Below, in pieces: positions 1-8,870 of a stretch of DNA of 64,000 nt. Source of the DNA: a virus. Below the pieces are notes generated by a model. The model saw nothing but the letters and a program-made list of their open reading frames with translations, was not told where the DNA came from and did not search any database. Both the position numbers and the translations under genes were made by a program. The DNA is taken from the IMG/VR virus record IMGVR_UViG_3300034220_000029, positions 526 through 64,525 of that record; one strand, given 5' to 3'. Position 1 is the first letter of the stretch. The number at the start of each line of letters is the position of its first letter.

Positions 1-2
1 AC

Positions 3-893
3 GTGCTGCTCAATGCCGTGGAGCCGGAGGTGAAGGCCCTGCGCGTGTCGGGGGTCACGTTCCTCTGGGCCGAAACCTATGTCAAAGACTTAAAGCTGGT
101 GAAGAACCTGGCGCCAGGCTCCATCAGGAAGCGTGTGGGCGTGCTGGCGCGAATCCTGGACTGGCACTTCCGCCGCAGCGCCGTGAACGGCCAGGTCCCG
201 GGCAACGCCCTGCGCCTGCTGCCGATCGGCTACAGCCAGTACAACCAGATTGACGAGTCGGCCCTTGGCAAGGGCAAGGTGGCCAAGGTCGACGTCAAGC
301 GCGATCTCAGGCTGCCGCCCGAGGACGAGGCGCGGGTGAGGTTGGCGTTGTCGGGGGTCAAGCGTAAGGATCGGGAAAGGGGATTGACTCCTGACGCCGA
401 GTTCACTCTTCTTTTCGACTTGATCATCGACACGGGCCTCAGATTGTCCGAAGCATACCGTCTCAGGATCGCTCAAATCGACTTCGCCATGGGTGTCATA
501 GCGGTGGAAGGTTCCAAGGGCGCCAGGGGGCGCCTGAAGCCTCGTACGGTGCCGATGAAAAAAGAGCTGCGGGAGAAGCTGAAGAAATGGTGCACCGACC
601 GCGTCGGCCTCGTGTTTTCGTTCTGGGACGGCACGAAGGAGGGCAGGGCACGGGCTACGTCGAAGCTGTCGGTGCGCTTTGGCAACCTGTTCGATTACGC
701 CGGGGTCGAGAGACTCACGGAGCATGACTTGCGGCACGAGGCTTGCTGCCGGTGGGTCACGCTCCGTGGTTCTGACGGGAGATGGGTGTTTTCAGATACG
801 GAGATTTGCAAGATCATGGGGTGGACCAGCGCCGACATGATGCTTCGGTACGCCAGCCTCCGCGGGGAGGACCTGGCGAACCGCTTGCTCTAG
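3..893 (+). CDS. int: Tyrosine recombinase/integrase (5' truncated by window edge)
   Basis: Catalytic motifs DTGLRLSE (R), KGARG (K), HDLRHE (HxxR), MGW and MLRYA (Y). Confidence 0.93.
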   Translation: MLLNAVEPEVKALRVSGVTFLWAETYVKDLKLVKNLAPGSIRKRVGVLARILDWHFRRSAVNGQVPGNALRLLPIGYSQYNQIDESALGKGKVAKVDVKRDLRLPPEDEARVRLALSGVKRKDRERGLTPDAEFTLLFDLIIDTGLRLSEAYRLRIAQIDFAMGVIAVEGSKGARGRLKPRTVPMKKELREKLKKWCTDRVGLVFSFWDGTKEGRARATSKLSVRFGNLFDYAGVERLTEHDLRHEACCRWVTLRGSDGRWVFSDTEICKIMGWTSADMMLRYASLRGEDLANRLL

Positions 894-1042
894 TGTCCCC
901 TGGCCTGCATGAACAGGCCGATGTTGCCAATCGCGTAACCCCAGAACGCGATGCCCAGGCCGGTCTGGTGTTTGACGAAGACCTGGTCATACCCGATGTA
1001 GGCATAGGCCACGCCGATGATAGCGATCAACTCAGCGCTCAT
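890..1042 (-). CDS. Small membrane protein (50 aa)
   Basis: Manual translation MSAELIAIIGVAYAYIGYDQVFVKHQTGLGIAFWGYAIGNIGLFMQARGH; start overlaps upstream stop; stop overlaps integrase stop. Confidence 0.7.
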   Translation of the reverse strand: MSAELIAIIGVAYAYIGYDQVFVKHQTGLGIAFWGYAIGNIGLFMQARGH

Positions 1043-1449
1043 GGCCACGTCCCTTCAGACGTGAAGCACTTCAGCAGGATCGCGTCGTCGACGGTGACCG
1101 TGATCATGGGCTGGGCCATGCCGTCGAAGCTGTCGAGCGCGAGGGTGGCCAAGGCCCTGAGCCCATCAGTCCGCTCGAGATAGCGGCTGCCTCTGGCCTC
1201 GACGCGCTGCCACGCCGACCACTCCCCCCAGCCACTGGGCTGAGACTTGAGAAACACCCGGGCCTGCAGATCGTTCGGCCGACTCTGCCCACGCTTGACC
1301 GTCCCCCACCAGTGGCGCTTCGGCTTCCAGTCGCGGATGTATTGCTGGACGAGTTCCTCCCGCTCACGGATGATGCGCCCCTCGCGGGCAGCTTGACGCG
1401 CGTCGAGCTGCTCAAGCACCTGGTAGGCAGGAACCTGGGCGGTGCTCAC
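1039..1449 (-). CDS. Hypothetical protein (136 aa)
   Basis: ORF coupled by 4-nt start/stop overlaps on both sides. Confidence 0.75.
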   Translation of the reverse strand: MSTAQVPAYQVLEQLDARQAAREGRIIREREELVQQYIRDWKPKRHWWGTVKRGQSRPNDLQARVFLKSQPSGWGEWSAWQRVEARGSRYLERTDGLRALATLALDSFDGMAQPMITVTVDDAILLKCFTSEGTWP

Positions 1450-1787
1450 GCGTTACCCCCGACAGCGCTGGTGGCTGTGAGATTGTCCAGGTTCGGCCGC
1501 GGCTGCCGCTTGCGGCCTGAGTGCTTTGGCGCCTCGATGGTGGTAGAGACAAGCACGCCGCCCGGTGCCGGCGGTGTGCCAGTCCCTGAGCGCCGAACAG
1601 CCGCCTGCAGAAGCGCCAGCTCGTTCAGGCGGGCGATGACAGCGCTGCGTGGGAATATCCAGGGCTCGCCAAGCTTGAGGCCTGGGATGTTGCCGGAGCG
1701 AGCGTGCTCCTCGATGGTTCTGGCCGTGCACTTGCAGAGCACTGCCAGGTCCTCGCTGACGAGGATTTCATTTTGTGTGTCGTTCAT
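1446..1787 (-). CDS. Excisionase-like winged-HTH DNA-binding protein
   Basis: EDLAVLCKCTARTIEEHARSGNIPGLKLGEPWIF matches the Xis/HTH_17 pattern; near integrase. Confidence 0.8.
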   Translation of the reverse strand: MNDTQNEILVSEDLAVLCKCTARTIEEHARSGNIPGLKLGEPWIFPRSAVIARLNELALLQAAVRRSGTGTPPAPGGVLVSTTIEAPKHSGRKRQPRPNLDNLTATSAVGGNA

Positions 1788-1811
1788 AGCCGATCTTTTT
1801 ATTTGGGAGAA

Positions 1812-1825
1812 GGCCCCGAAGGGCC
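1812..1825 (-). terminator. C(UUCG)G hairpin, weak terminator or stabiliser
   Basis: GGCCC-TTCG-GGGCC on minus strand, intergenic; U-tract poor. Confidence 0.45.
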
Positions 1826-1830
1826 GGGGA

Positions 1831-2061
1831 TCACCTGAAGGTTTTGCGCACCACCTGCTGGAGGAACAGCACGATCACCCAAGCGCCGCAGAAGACCCAG
1901 TAACTAGGGTCCGTCCACGCCGGGTTGCTTGAGGGGAACATTGCCGGCATCACTGATGTCCAGAGCATCCACATGAGCCACCAGATACCGAGGACTATCG
2001 GGACAATGGCGGCCATCAGCAACAGCCAGGCGGCGATGGCGAAGGGTTTGTTGCCCCTCAC
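1831..2061 (-). CDS. Small membrane protein (2 TM)
   Basis: GTG start overlaps TAXI stop; Trp-rich hydrophobic helices. Confidence 0.7.
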   Translation of the reverse strand: MRGNKPFAIAAWLLLMAAIVPIVLGIWWLMWMLWTSVMPAMFPSSNPAWTDPSYWVFCGAWVIVLFLQQVVRKTFR

Positions 2062-2990
2062 TTTTTCGCTGCCTTGGCGGGCAAGTCGTACCAGGCCCAC
2101 TTGCCTTTGTTGGCGGGGTCAACAGCCTGCCACGCAGGGTGCGTGCCGGTGGCTTCCTTCATCTCATCGATCTTGCCGATGACGCAGCCGCGGAAGCTGG
2201 CCAGCGAGTCAATCATCTTTGCTGTTTTGTACTCGCGGGTGACGAGCAGCGCATCGGTGGAGACGGTCGTGATACCAGCAGCATTCAGCTTCGAGTAGTT
2301 CAAGCGGGCGGGGCGGTACACATGCTTCAGACGCTCAGCGATGGGGCCGGTGATAGGCAGCAGCTTGAAGTTCGGGCCAAGGTCCGTGATCAGCTTGACG
2401 GGCGCACCACCGACGATCAGGCCGGCGCTGACTTCACCGCTTTTGATAGCAGCGACGACGAGGTCGTTGGTTGCGAATTCCACCACGTTGTAGGTGATCT
2501 CGGAGTTCATGCGGATCACCTTGGCTGTGATCGCGGAGCCGCCAGAGGCACCGATCTTCAACCCAGCCAGCGAGGTCAAGTCGGTCAGCACGACCTCCTT
2601 GGACCCCATACCCATGACGCCGCCGACCTTGATGCCGGAGTTCACGGGCGCGACGATGTGAATCTGCTCGTTGTGAAGCGCCAGCAGCGTCTTAAGGTTG
2701 CCCAGCTCCTCGTTCTTCGCGCGCAGGTACAGCACGTCGGACTGGACGAAGGCGGCGTTGACCTCGTTGCCGATCAGCCGGTCGACATTGTCCATCGAGC
2801 CGTTCGAGTTGATCTCGACCATGGCCACCTCGTTGCCGCAGGCATTGACCATCTCTTTGTAGAGAGTGGAGTACGTCAGCTTGGCGCCGCCGGTGGCGAC
2901 CTTCAGTGTCTGCGCGGCCACCGGGGCAAAGGAGCAGGAGGCGACGAGCATTGCCGCAGCGAGGGAGAAAATTCGTGTGAGTTTCTTCAT
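2058..2990 (-). CDS. TAXI-family TRAP solute-binding protein-like, exported
   Basis: Signal peptide with possible lipobox VASC; LKVATGG, SNGSMDNV, AAFVQSDVL, LHNEQIHIV typical of TAXI/NMT1-like receptors. Confidence 0.85.
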   Translation of the reverse strand: MKKLTRIFSLAAAMLVASCSFAPVAAQTLKVATGGAKLTYSTLYKEMVNACGNEVAMVEINSNGSMDNVDRLIGNEVNAAFVQSDVLYLRAKNEELGNLKTLLALHNEQIHIVAPVNSGIKVGGVMGMGSKEVVLTDLTSLAGLKIGASGGSAITAKVIRMNSEITYNVVEFATNDLVVAAIKSGEVSAGLIVGGAPVKLITDLGPNFKLLPITGPIAERLKHVYRPARLNYSKLNAAGITTVSTDALLVTREYKTAKMIDSLASFRGCVIGKIDEMKEATGTHPAWQAVDPANKGKWAWYDLPAKAAKK

Positions 2991-3016
2991 TTGGTTTTTC
3001 TTTTTATGGTGAAGAG

Positions 3017-3304
3017 TTAATAGGCGTTGGGGGTGATCAGTGGATTGATCGACGTAGCTCGGGTGGCGTCCTGGTCGGCAGCAACCTTCGCTCGGTGGTC
3101 CTCGCGCGCTTTGCGCAGGACCTTTTTCATCTGCCGGGTGCCGATCGCGTCGGTCAACTTACGGCGCACCTGCTTTGACAGCGAGGCTTTGTGGCCCTTG
3201 AGCAGCTTGCCGTTCTTGGCGACCAGGCCCGACACATAGAGCCGGTGGTGGTAGCGTTCGAGCGACTCGCCTGCAAGGCGTTCGGGGGTGTGGAGGTCCT
3301 TCAT
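3017..3304 (-). CDS. Hypothetical basic protein
   Basis: 95-aa ORF with GGAG and A-rich leader. Confidence 0.7.
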   Translation of the reverse strand: MKDLHTPERLAGESLERYHHRLYVSGLVAKNGKLLKGHKASLSKQVRRKLTDAIGTRQMKKVLRKAREDHRAKVAADQDATRATSINPLITPNAY

Positions 3305-3331
3305 TTTTCTTCTTATCTCCGGTGGTTGAAA

Positions 3332-3625
3332 TTACGGTCGCGACAGGTAGGCCTGAGCCTGGTCCGGCGTGCGGGTGATGGCAATGGCACGAAGCAGCAG
3401 ATCGGCTGTGATCCCACCGGCTGCAGCTGCGGCCTGCTCGTCAACGGCGCCGACGTCGACGTTGCCTGATCCCAATGAGACGGCGCAGCGAACCCCATTG
3501 ATGCTGTAGACCATGATGAAAGTGCTCGTGCGTGGGTTGCGGAAGAGGCCGGTCGACGGGTAGAGCGCCGCCTGGTACTCCTGCCCCGCACCGGGGTCGA
3601 AGTCCTTGAGGGGGATGGCCTTCAC
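3332..3625 (-). CDS. Hypothetical protein
   Basis: GTG start overlaps upstream stop. Confidence 0.65.
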   Translation of the reverse strand: MKAIPLKDFDPGAGQEYQAALYPSTGLFRNPRTSTFIMVYSINGVRCAVSLGSGNVDVGAVDEQAAAAAGGITADLLLRAIAITRTPDQAQAYLSRP

Positions 3626-3861
3626 GCCGCCGCCTTGCTGAAGTCGACGTAGTATTCCCGGCCAACCTCGAAGAACGCCGCCGCAGGCTTGTCCTTGTGG
3701 ATGTTGAGGATCACGCTGGCCGATGGGGTGGCGTCTGTGAAGGCCTTGTTTTCGCTACCTGGCACGTCGCTGTAGACCGCCAGCATGTAGACGGCTACGT
3801 GGTCCCCCGCAGTAGGGAGGGAAGCGCTGGTAACCTGCATTTTTGCACGTACTGTGTTCAT
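3622..3861 (-). CDS. Conserved small phage protein
   Basis: VRAKMQV...ENKAFTDATPSASVIL...YYVDF pattern recalled from phage hypotheticals; SD AGGAA. Confidence 0.75.
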   Translation of the reverse strand: MNTVRAKMQVTSASLPTAGDHVAVYMLAVYSDVPGSENKAFTDATPSASVILNIHKDKPAAAFFEVGREYYVDFSKAAA

Positions 3862-3871
3862 GGTGTTCCTG

Positions 3872-4027
3872 TTATTCAATCTTCAAGGACTTCATTGCTG
3901 CATCGTCAGGACCCGCGGAAGCCGGCGCGGAAACTGACGTTGAAGGGGAGGAGCCCCCTTCGAGGAAAAATGCCAGGCCACCGAGGATGGCGATCAACGT
4001 GATAGACGCGAGGATGCGGTACAACAT
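3872..4027 (-). CDS. Small single-pass membrane protein (51 aa)
   Basis: Manual translation MLYRILASITLIAILGGLAFFLEGGSSPSTS...; abuts upstream stop. Confidence 0.65.
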   Translation of the reverse strand: MLYRILASITLIAILGGLAFFLEGGSSPSTSVSAPASAGPDDAAMKSLKIE

Positions 4028-4783
4028 TTAGCGGACCCTTTCAGCAAGAGGCGCGGCGGTGTAGATGCCGGCAGTGGCCTTTTGGGCGTCGATGACATGC
4101 GCGGTCAAGCCGAGCTCTGAAGCGGACAGGCCGATCACGGGCGTCTCGTCCATCAGCGATGTCTCCAGCTCGGCGAACGCGCGGTTCAGTGAGGTCTGGA
4201 CGGCGTCAATTGCGGTCTCGGTCTTGATGCGCGCGAGGAAGTCATCCTCGTTCATGCCGGCGGCCTTGTTCAAGCGCTGCGCGGCCTGGCTCATCTTCCA
4301 GATCGCTTCGGCGCGGTTGATCTCCAGCTGGAACTTCTCAAGCTCATCTTTGACGCCCTTGTAGCGCGCCTCGCGCACCTGCAGGAGCCGCTCCATCTGG
4401 CGTTGCTGCTCTGCAAACTTCGGCGCGTCTGCAGGGAACGAGACGGCGAAACCTTCCACCTGAGAGGCGAAGTTGGCAACCTCAGTGCGGAAGGTCGTGA
4501 TCGACTCCTTGAACTTGGTCAAGGCCTCCCGCTGCGCCTGCCACTCATGCTGCAGTGTCTCCACCGGGTTGCGGGACGCCTCATGCCTGATGCCCTTGAG
4601 CTTCAGGTTGGCGGCCTTCATCGCCAGCACCGGAGCGCCGTTGATGAGCACCAGGCCCACGACAAGGGCAAGGCCCAAGCCGATGATCCCTTTGACGGCC
4701 AGGAAGATCACCGGGGAGATGAGCACTGCTGCCGTCAGGCCGAGGCCCCACTTCAGCGCTTTTGCTTTTGCTTCGTTTGTCAT
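4028..4783 (-). CDS. Membrane-anchored coiled-coil protein, PspA/IM30-like
   Basis: Two N-terminal TM helices followed by about 190 aa of heptad-rich helix; PspA similarity is inferred. Confidence 0.7.
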   Translation of the reverse strand: MTNEAKAKALKWGLGLTAAVLISPVIFLAVKGIIGLGLALVVGLVLINGAPVLAMKAANLKLKGIRHEASRNPVETLQHEWQAQREALTKFKESITTFRTEVANFASQVEGFAVSFPADAPKFAEQQRQMERLLQVREARYKGVKDELEKFQLEINRAEAIWKMSQAAQRLNKAAGMNEDDFLARIKTETAIDAVQTSLNRAFAELETSLMDETPVIGLSASELGLTAHVIDAQKATAGIYTAAPLAERVR

Positions 4784-4785
4784 GA

Positions 4786-4995
4786 TCATTTTCCCTTGTT
4801 GGCCAGAACGACACAAAGCGTCGCGTCGGTGGCGCTGTTGGACGCGCCCTTGAGGGCGCAGCGCGCCTTCTGAGGGTCCACGCCGCTGGCCACCATCCTG
4901 GCGATGGTGCGGTCCTCGTTGATCGAGCAGGCCACAGGGGCCAGCAGCACGAGCGCGGCCATCGCCGCGACAAAATACTTGAATGCAGATTCCAT
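4786..4995 (-). CDS. Small exported/membrane protein
   Basis: Hydrophobic N-terminus with lipobox-like VAC; A-rich leader. Confidence 0.7.
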   Translation of the reverse strand: MESAFKYFVAAMAALVLLAPVACSINEDRTIARMVASGVDPQKARCALKGASNSATDATLCVVLANKGK

Positions 4996-5007
4996 GTTTT
5001 TCTTCTT

Positions 5008-5898
5008 TTAGTTGTTGATGAATGATTTCGCCGCAGCACGGATGCGGTCCTGCACGTCTTCACACCTGGCCTGCGCCACTTGCCAGAGGTCGTCGTCGAT
5101 GTACCGCTCGATCGCCTCGCGCGCGATCTTCACGAGTTGGGGTGGTGGGATCGCGTCGAGCTCCCAGCTCTTCGTGCCGTACTTTTTGCGGTAAGACGCA
5201 AAGCGGGAGTCGGTGGCCTTCGCAGGATTCGGCGGAGGCTTGAGCTTGGCGATCTGCTCGAAGTTCAGGGCCAGTCGGTCGAGCTCGATCGGCGTGTCGT
5301 ACTCCTCGGCGAACAACTTGATCCGCTCCTCAAGGTCCCGGCTCATGTCGATGCCGCTGGGGTCGTGGTCCCCCAAATGCAGGATGACGATCTCCTGCTC
5401 ACCGCGTGTGTCGGCGACATCTTTCTCGACGAACTCGCGCAGGACCGTGCCGCTGGGGTAGCCGCGAGCCGCCAACAGCGGCACATCGAACTCGTAGCAG
5501 ACCTGCTGCAGCACCCCGACAAGGGCTTCCTTCTCGACGATGACGATGGGTCGCGTGTACTGGTTGTCCCACATATCGATGTGGAAGCTGCGGGCCGACG
5601 CCTCCAGAATCTGGGCGCCGTCGGTCCAGCGCTGACGCCGCACGAAGTCGCGGGTGCGGTCTTCGATGGCGTCCCAGTCCAGCAGGCCGGCCATGCGGCC
5701 GTCGTTGACAACCCCGGTGATCGTCTTGTAGCTCTGGACCGTGTTGGGGATCAGGTCCTTGGCCACCAGTTGGTAGTACAGCTGCCGGACGGTGAGCGTG
5801 AAGCCCATCCGCTGGTAGCTTTCGATGATGTCGTTGCAGGTCTCGATCATCCGCAGGGTGGCGGGCTTGAAGGCGATGTTCTTATATTTTTGCTTCAT
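5008..5898 (-). CDS. Spo11/TopoVI-A-like toprim protein
   Basis: TVRQLYY (CAP-domain Tyr motif), IVIVEKEAL (toprim Glu), GDHDPSG (DxD). Confidence 0.8.
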   Translation of the reverse strand: MKQKYKNIAFKPATLRMIETCNDIIESYQRMGFTLTVRQLYYQLVAKDLIPNTVQSYKTITGVVNDGRMAGLLDWDAIEDRTRDFVRRQRWTDGAQILEASARSFHIDMWDNQYTRPIVIVEKEALVGVLQQVCYEFDVPLLAARGYPSGTVLREFVEKDVADTRGEQEIVILHLGDHDPSGIDMSRDLEERIKLFAEEYDTPIELDRLALNFEQIAKLKPPPNPAKATDSRFASYRKKYGTKSWELDAIPPPQLVKIAREAIERYIDDDLWQVAQARCEDVQDRIRAAAKSFINN

Positions 5899-5906
5899 GG
5901 GAGCCT

Positions 5907-8039
5907 TTACAGCTGGATCAGGTGGTCGGCAACAGACTGGCTCACCTCCTCGTGCGTCACCAGCAGGATTTGCTGGAAGGAGCACTGAGCAAGGAAGCCG
6001 AGCATGTTGTCGGTGCGGTCGTGATCCATGGCAGCTGCTGGCTCGTCAAGGATCAGGAACGGGGCGGCCGGCAGGAACGTCCGGACCAGGGCAACCCGGA
6101 TGGACAGGCCCAGGGCGTCGAGCGTGGAGCCGCTCATCGAGGTGACCGAGTGCCCGTCGACCTTGAAGCCGTCGGATTCTTTGGTCACCTTGGAAGCGGT
6201 GCCGCGGATGTCGCTGAAGTAGCTGCTGACGGCTGTCAGGACGATGTTCCACAGCTTGTCTGCGATCAGAGGCTTGCACTGGCGCACCCGCTTGAGCAGG
6301 GCGTTGTTGAACTCAAGCGTCTCCAGATCGCGTTCGCGCTGGGCCAGAGCCTCGGTGCAGTCGGCCACAGCCGCCACAGCCCGGTCGTAGGAGGCCTGCT
6401 GGTCCTTCAGGAACCGCTCAGCATCGCTCAGGGCGGTCACGGCGGCTGTGTGGGCTGCCCTGGCACGCTCTGCAGCGCCGCGGGCCGCTGTGAGGGTGTC
6501 CTGGGCGTCCTGCAGGGTTACTTCCGGCAGGGTCAGCAGGGCGTCCTGTGCATTGCTGTCCTCTTCCTGAGCCACCAGCAGCTGGGCCTGAAGGCCTTCG
6601 AGGCGCACCACGTCAGCGTCATAGGCACGCTGGGAGGCCTGCAGCGCCTCGATCTGGCGCTTCAGGGCCGCCGTATCGACCACCGCGCCAACCACTGGGC
6701 CCTTCCAGCGCAGCACAGGCGGCAGCTCGCCGTCGGCCAGCTCGCAGTAGTCAGGGTGCTGGTCCAGCACCTTCAGGGCGCCCGTTGAGGCGTTGCGGAT
6801 GGCCCGCATGGCAACGAGGTCCTGCTGCACCGTAGCGATGCAGGTCTGCTGCTCCGCCCGATCAGCAGTCGCGGCGTCGAGCGCGGTCTGAGTCTCGGCA
6901 TTTTTGGCCGCGACCTCTGGCACGCCGCTAAAGTCCTTGCCGCAGAAGGTGCAGCTGCCGTGCGTCAGCGTCTGCTTGAGCAGCCGGATGTCGCCGTCAA
7001 GGCGCGCAGCCCGGGCCTGCGTCACGGTCACGAGGGTGTCGAGCGCGCCGATCTCCGTGTCGAGCGCTTCGAGCGTGCCCTCGTAGGTGGCGCTGTCAGC
7101 GACCCGCGCAGCCGTGTAGGGCCCGACTTTTGCGAAGGCGGCGGCAATCGCGATGCCGTTGCCGGCGTCGGCGATCTGCCGCTGCAGGGCCTCGACCTGG
7201 CCAGCGACGTTGTCGGGGGCGACACGGGTGCCGAGATTGCTGATCTTCTCCCGCAGCGCCAGCACAGCGCCTGCCGTGCGGGCAGCGTTGCGGATGGCGT
7301 TGTCCCGCTGCACCACGCGCTCGCGGGCCTCGGCGTGAGCTTCCTGGGCCTTCTGCTCGTCGGCTGTGAAGCGGTCCACGTCGAGCACTACCGACTGCAG
7401 CGAGAGCTTGGCCGAGTCGATGCGCGCTGCGGCAGCGTCTGCATCGAACGGGACGGCGTCTGCCTTGGCGCGCTCCAGCAGCTCCTGCGCAGCCTTGAGG
7501 GTCAGCTCGGCGGAGCCGGTGTTGCCAAGGGTCAGCTTCTCCTGCATCAGCTCAATCAGCCGGTCGATCTGGTCGAACTCGGCAAGCTTCTCGATCAGCG
7601 CGGTCGTCTCCTTGGCGCCAGACTCGAGGGCCCCGCGGATTTCGTTCTGGTTGGACAGGGTCAGGCGGGCGGCGGCGCCAGCGTCGACCTTGAGCAGGCG
7701 GGAAATGAATGCGGTGCACTCGTTCTGCCCAGTCACGATGCCGCCGTCATAGTTGATCTCGGCGCCAGACTTGCCGCGCTTGATCGTGTAGACGACGCTG
7801 TCGATGACGACCTCCAGCTCGACCTTCAGCGAGCCGACGGCCTCGCCCCAGGTCACGCAGTCTTCGAGCGCATCGCGGATTGCCTTCACGCCGAACAGGG
7901 CGTAGGAGATTGCTTCTAGCAGCGTGGACTTGCCCTGCTCGTTGAGGGCGCGGATGGCTGTCATGCCGGCGCCGAACGTGACGCTGAGGTCACGGTGGCG
8001 GCGGAAGTTTGTCAGTGTGATTTTGTTAAGCATTGGCAT
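5907..8039 (-). CDS. sbcC: SbcC/Rad50-like SMC ATPase
   Basis: Walker A NEQGKST, coiled coil with CTFCG zinc hook, signature MSGS, Walker B LILDEP, H-loop LVTH. Confidence 0.92.
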   Translation of the reverse strand: MPMLNKITLTNFRRHRDLSVTFGAGMTAIRALNEQGKSTLLEAISYALFGVKAIRDALEDCVTWGEAVGSLKVELEVVIDSVVYTIKRGKSGAEINYDGGIVTGQNECTAFISRLLKVDAGAAARLTLSNQNEIRGALESGAKETTALIEKLAEFDQIDRLIELMQEKLTLGNTGSAELTLKAAQELLERAKADAVPFDADAAAARIDSAKLSLQSVVLDVDRFTADEQKAQEAHAEARERVVQRDNAIRNAARTAGAVLALREKISNLGTRVAPDNVAGQVEALQRQIADAGNGIAIAAAFAKVGPYTAARVADSATYEGTLEALDTEIGALDTLVTVTQARAARLDGDIRLLKQTLTHGSCTFCGKDFSGVPEVAAKNAETQTALDAATADRAEQQTCIATVQQDLVAMRAIRNASTGALKVLDQHPDYCELADGELPPVLRWKGPVVGAVVDTAALKRQIEALQASQRAYDADVVRLEGLQAQLLVAQEEDSNAQDALLTLPEVTLQDAQDTLTAARGAAERARAAHTAAVTALSDAERFLKDQQASYDRAVAAVADCTEALAQRERDLETLEFNNALLKRVRQCKPLIADKLWNIVLTAVSSYFSDIRGTASKVTKESDGFKVDGHSVTSMSGSTLDALGLSIRVALVRTFLPAAPFLILDEPAAAMDHDRTDNMLGFLAQCSFQQILLVTHEEVSQSVADHLIQL

Positions 8040-8718
8040 CCTTCAGGGTGTGGCGTCGGAACGCGGCTGTGGCGACCGGGACCAGCGGCTCGATGAGCTG
8101 CAGCATGGCCTCGGCGTAGACACGAATTTCGTACTGGCTGTGGCTATGCAGGCGCAGCTGTAGGAACTTCATCAGGTTGTGCAGATTCACGGTGGCGAAC
8201 ATATGGCTGTAGGTGCCGACCGGCAGCACGCTGCGAGCAAGCTCCCGTGGCACGCCTTCGGCCAGCATCTCGTGGTAAACGAGGAACGCCGACTCGCACG
8301 CACCTGCGATTACCTTCTGCCAGACCCCAGCATCCGCATGCTGCTCGTGCGTGCGCATCTGCTTGTTAGAGTCGCTCTGCGTCGTGATCTGGTCCAGCTC
8401 GGGCACGTAGAACTCTTCTGGCAGCTCGGCGTAGCGGGCGGAGATTTCGTTGAATCCCCAGGTGCGGTGACGATGCCACTGACGGAACACGAAGATCGGA
8501 GCCTTGACCTCGAAGGTGAACGACACGGCCTCGAAGGGGGAGGTGTGGTGGTTCTTGACGAGGTAGTCGATCAGCTTGGCGTCCTTGCCCTCGTCATCGC
8601 CTGTGCGCCACTCGGCGTTGTAGGAGACGCGAGCGTTGCGAACGATGGAGAGGTCGGACCCCATGTGATCGATGAGCCGGATCAGCCCGTGGTTGAGAAC
8701 TTTAATTGCTTCGGTCAT
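8026..8718 (-). CDS. thyX: Flavin-dependent thymidylate synthase
   Basis: NARVSY, HHTSPFE, RQWHRHRTWGFNEISARY, ARSVLP, HSQYEIR. Confidence 0.95.
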   Translation of the reverse strand: MTEAIKVLNHGLIRLIDHMGSDLSIVRNARVSYNAEWRTGDDEGKDAKLIDYLVKNHHTSPFEAVSFTFEVKAPIFVFRQWHRHRTWGFNEISARYAELPEEFYVPELDQITTQSDSNKQMRTHEQHADAGVWQKVIAGACESAFLVYHEMLAEGVPRELARSVLPVGTYSHMFATVNLHNLMKFLQLRLHSHSQYEIRVYAEAMLQLIEPLVPVATAAFRRHTLKDANA

Positions 8719-8870
8719 TTGCTGGCCTTCTCGATTAGTTTTTGTTGTAGTTGGAGTTCGGCGGGGGTCCTGAATTGCCAGAGGTGGGTGTCGATTCCGT
8801 GCAGGGTGACCACCACTTCGCACACGACGAGGACGGCGCACAGCAGCCAGAAGGCTGCCCACTCGTTCAC
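8715..8870 (-). CDS. Small membrane protein (51 aa)
   Basis: Manual translation VNEWAAFWLLCAVLVVCEVVVTLHG...; 4-nt overlaps on both sides. Confidence 0.65.
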   Translation of the reverse strand: MNEWAAFWLLCAVLVVCEVVVTLHGIDTHLWQFRTPAELQLQQKLIEKASK

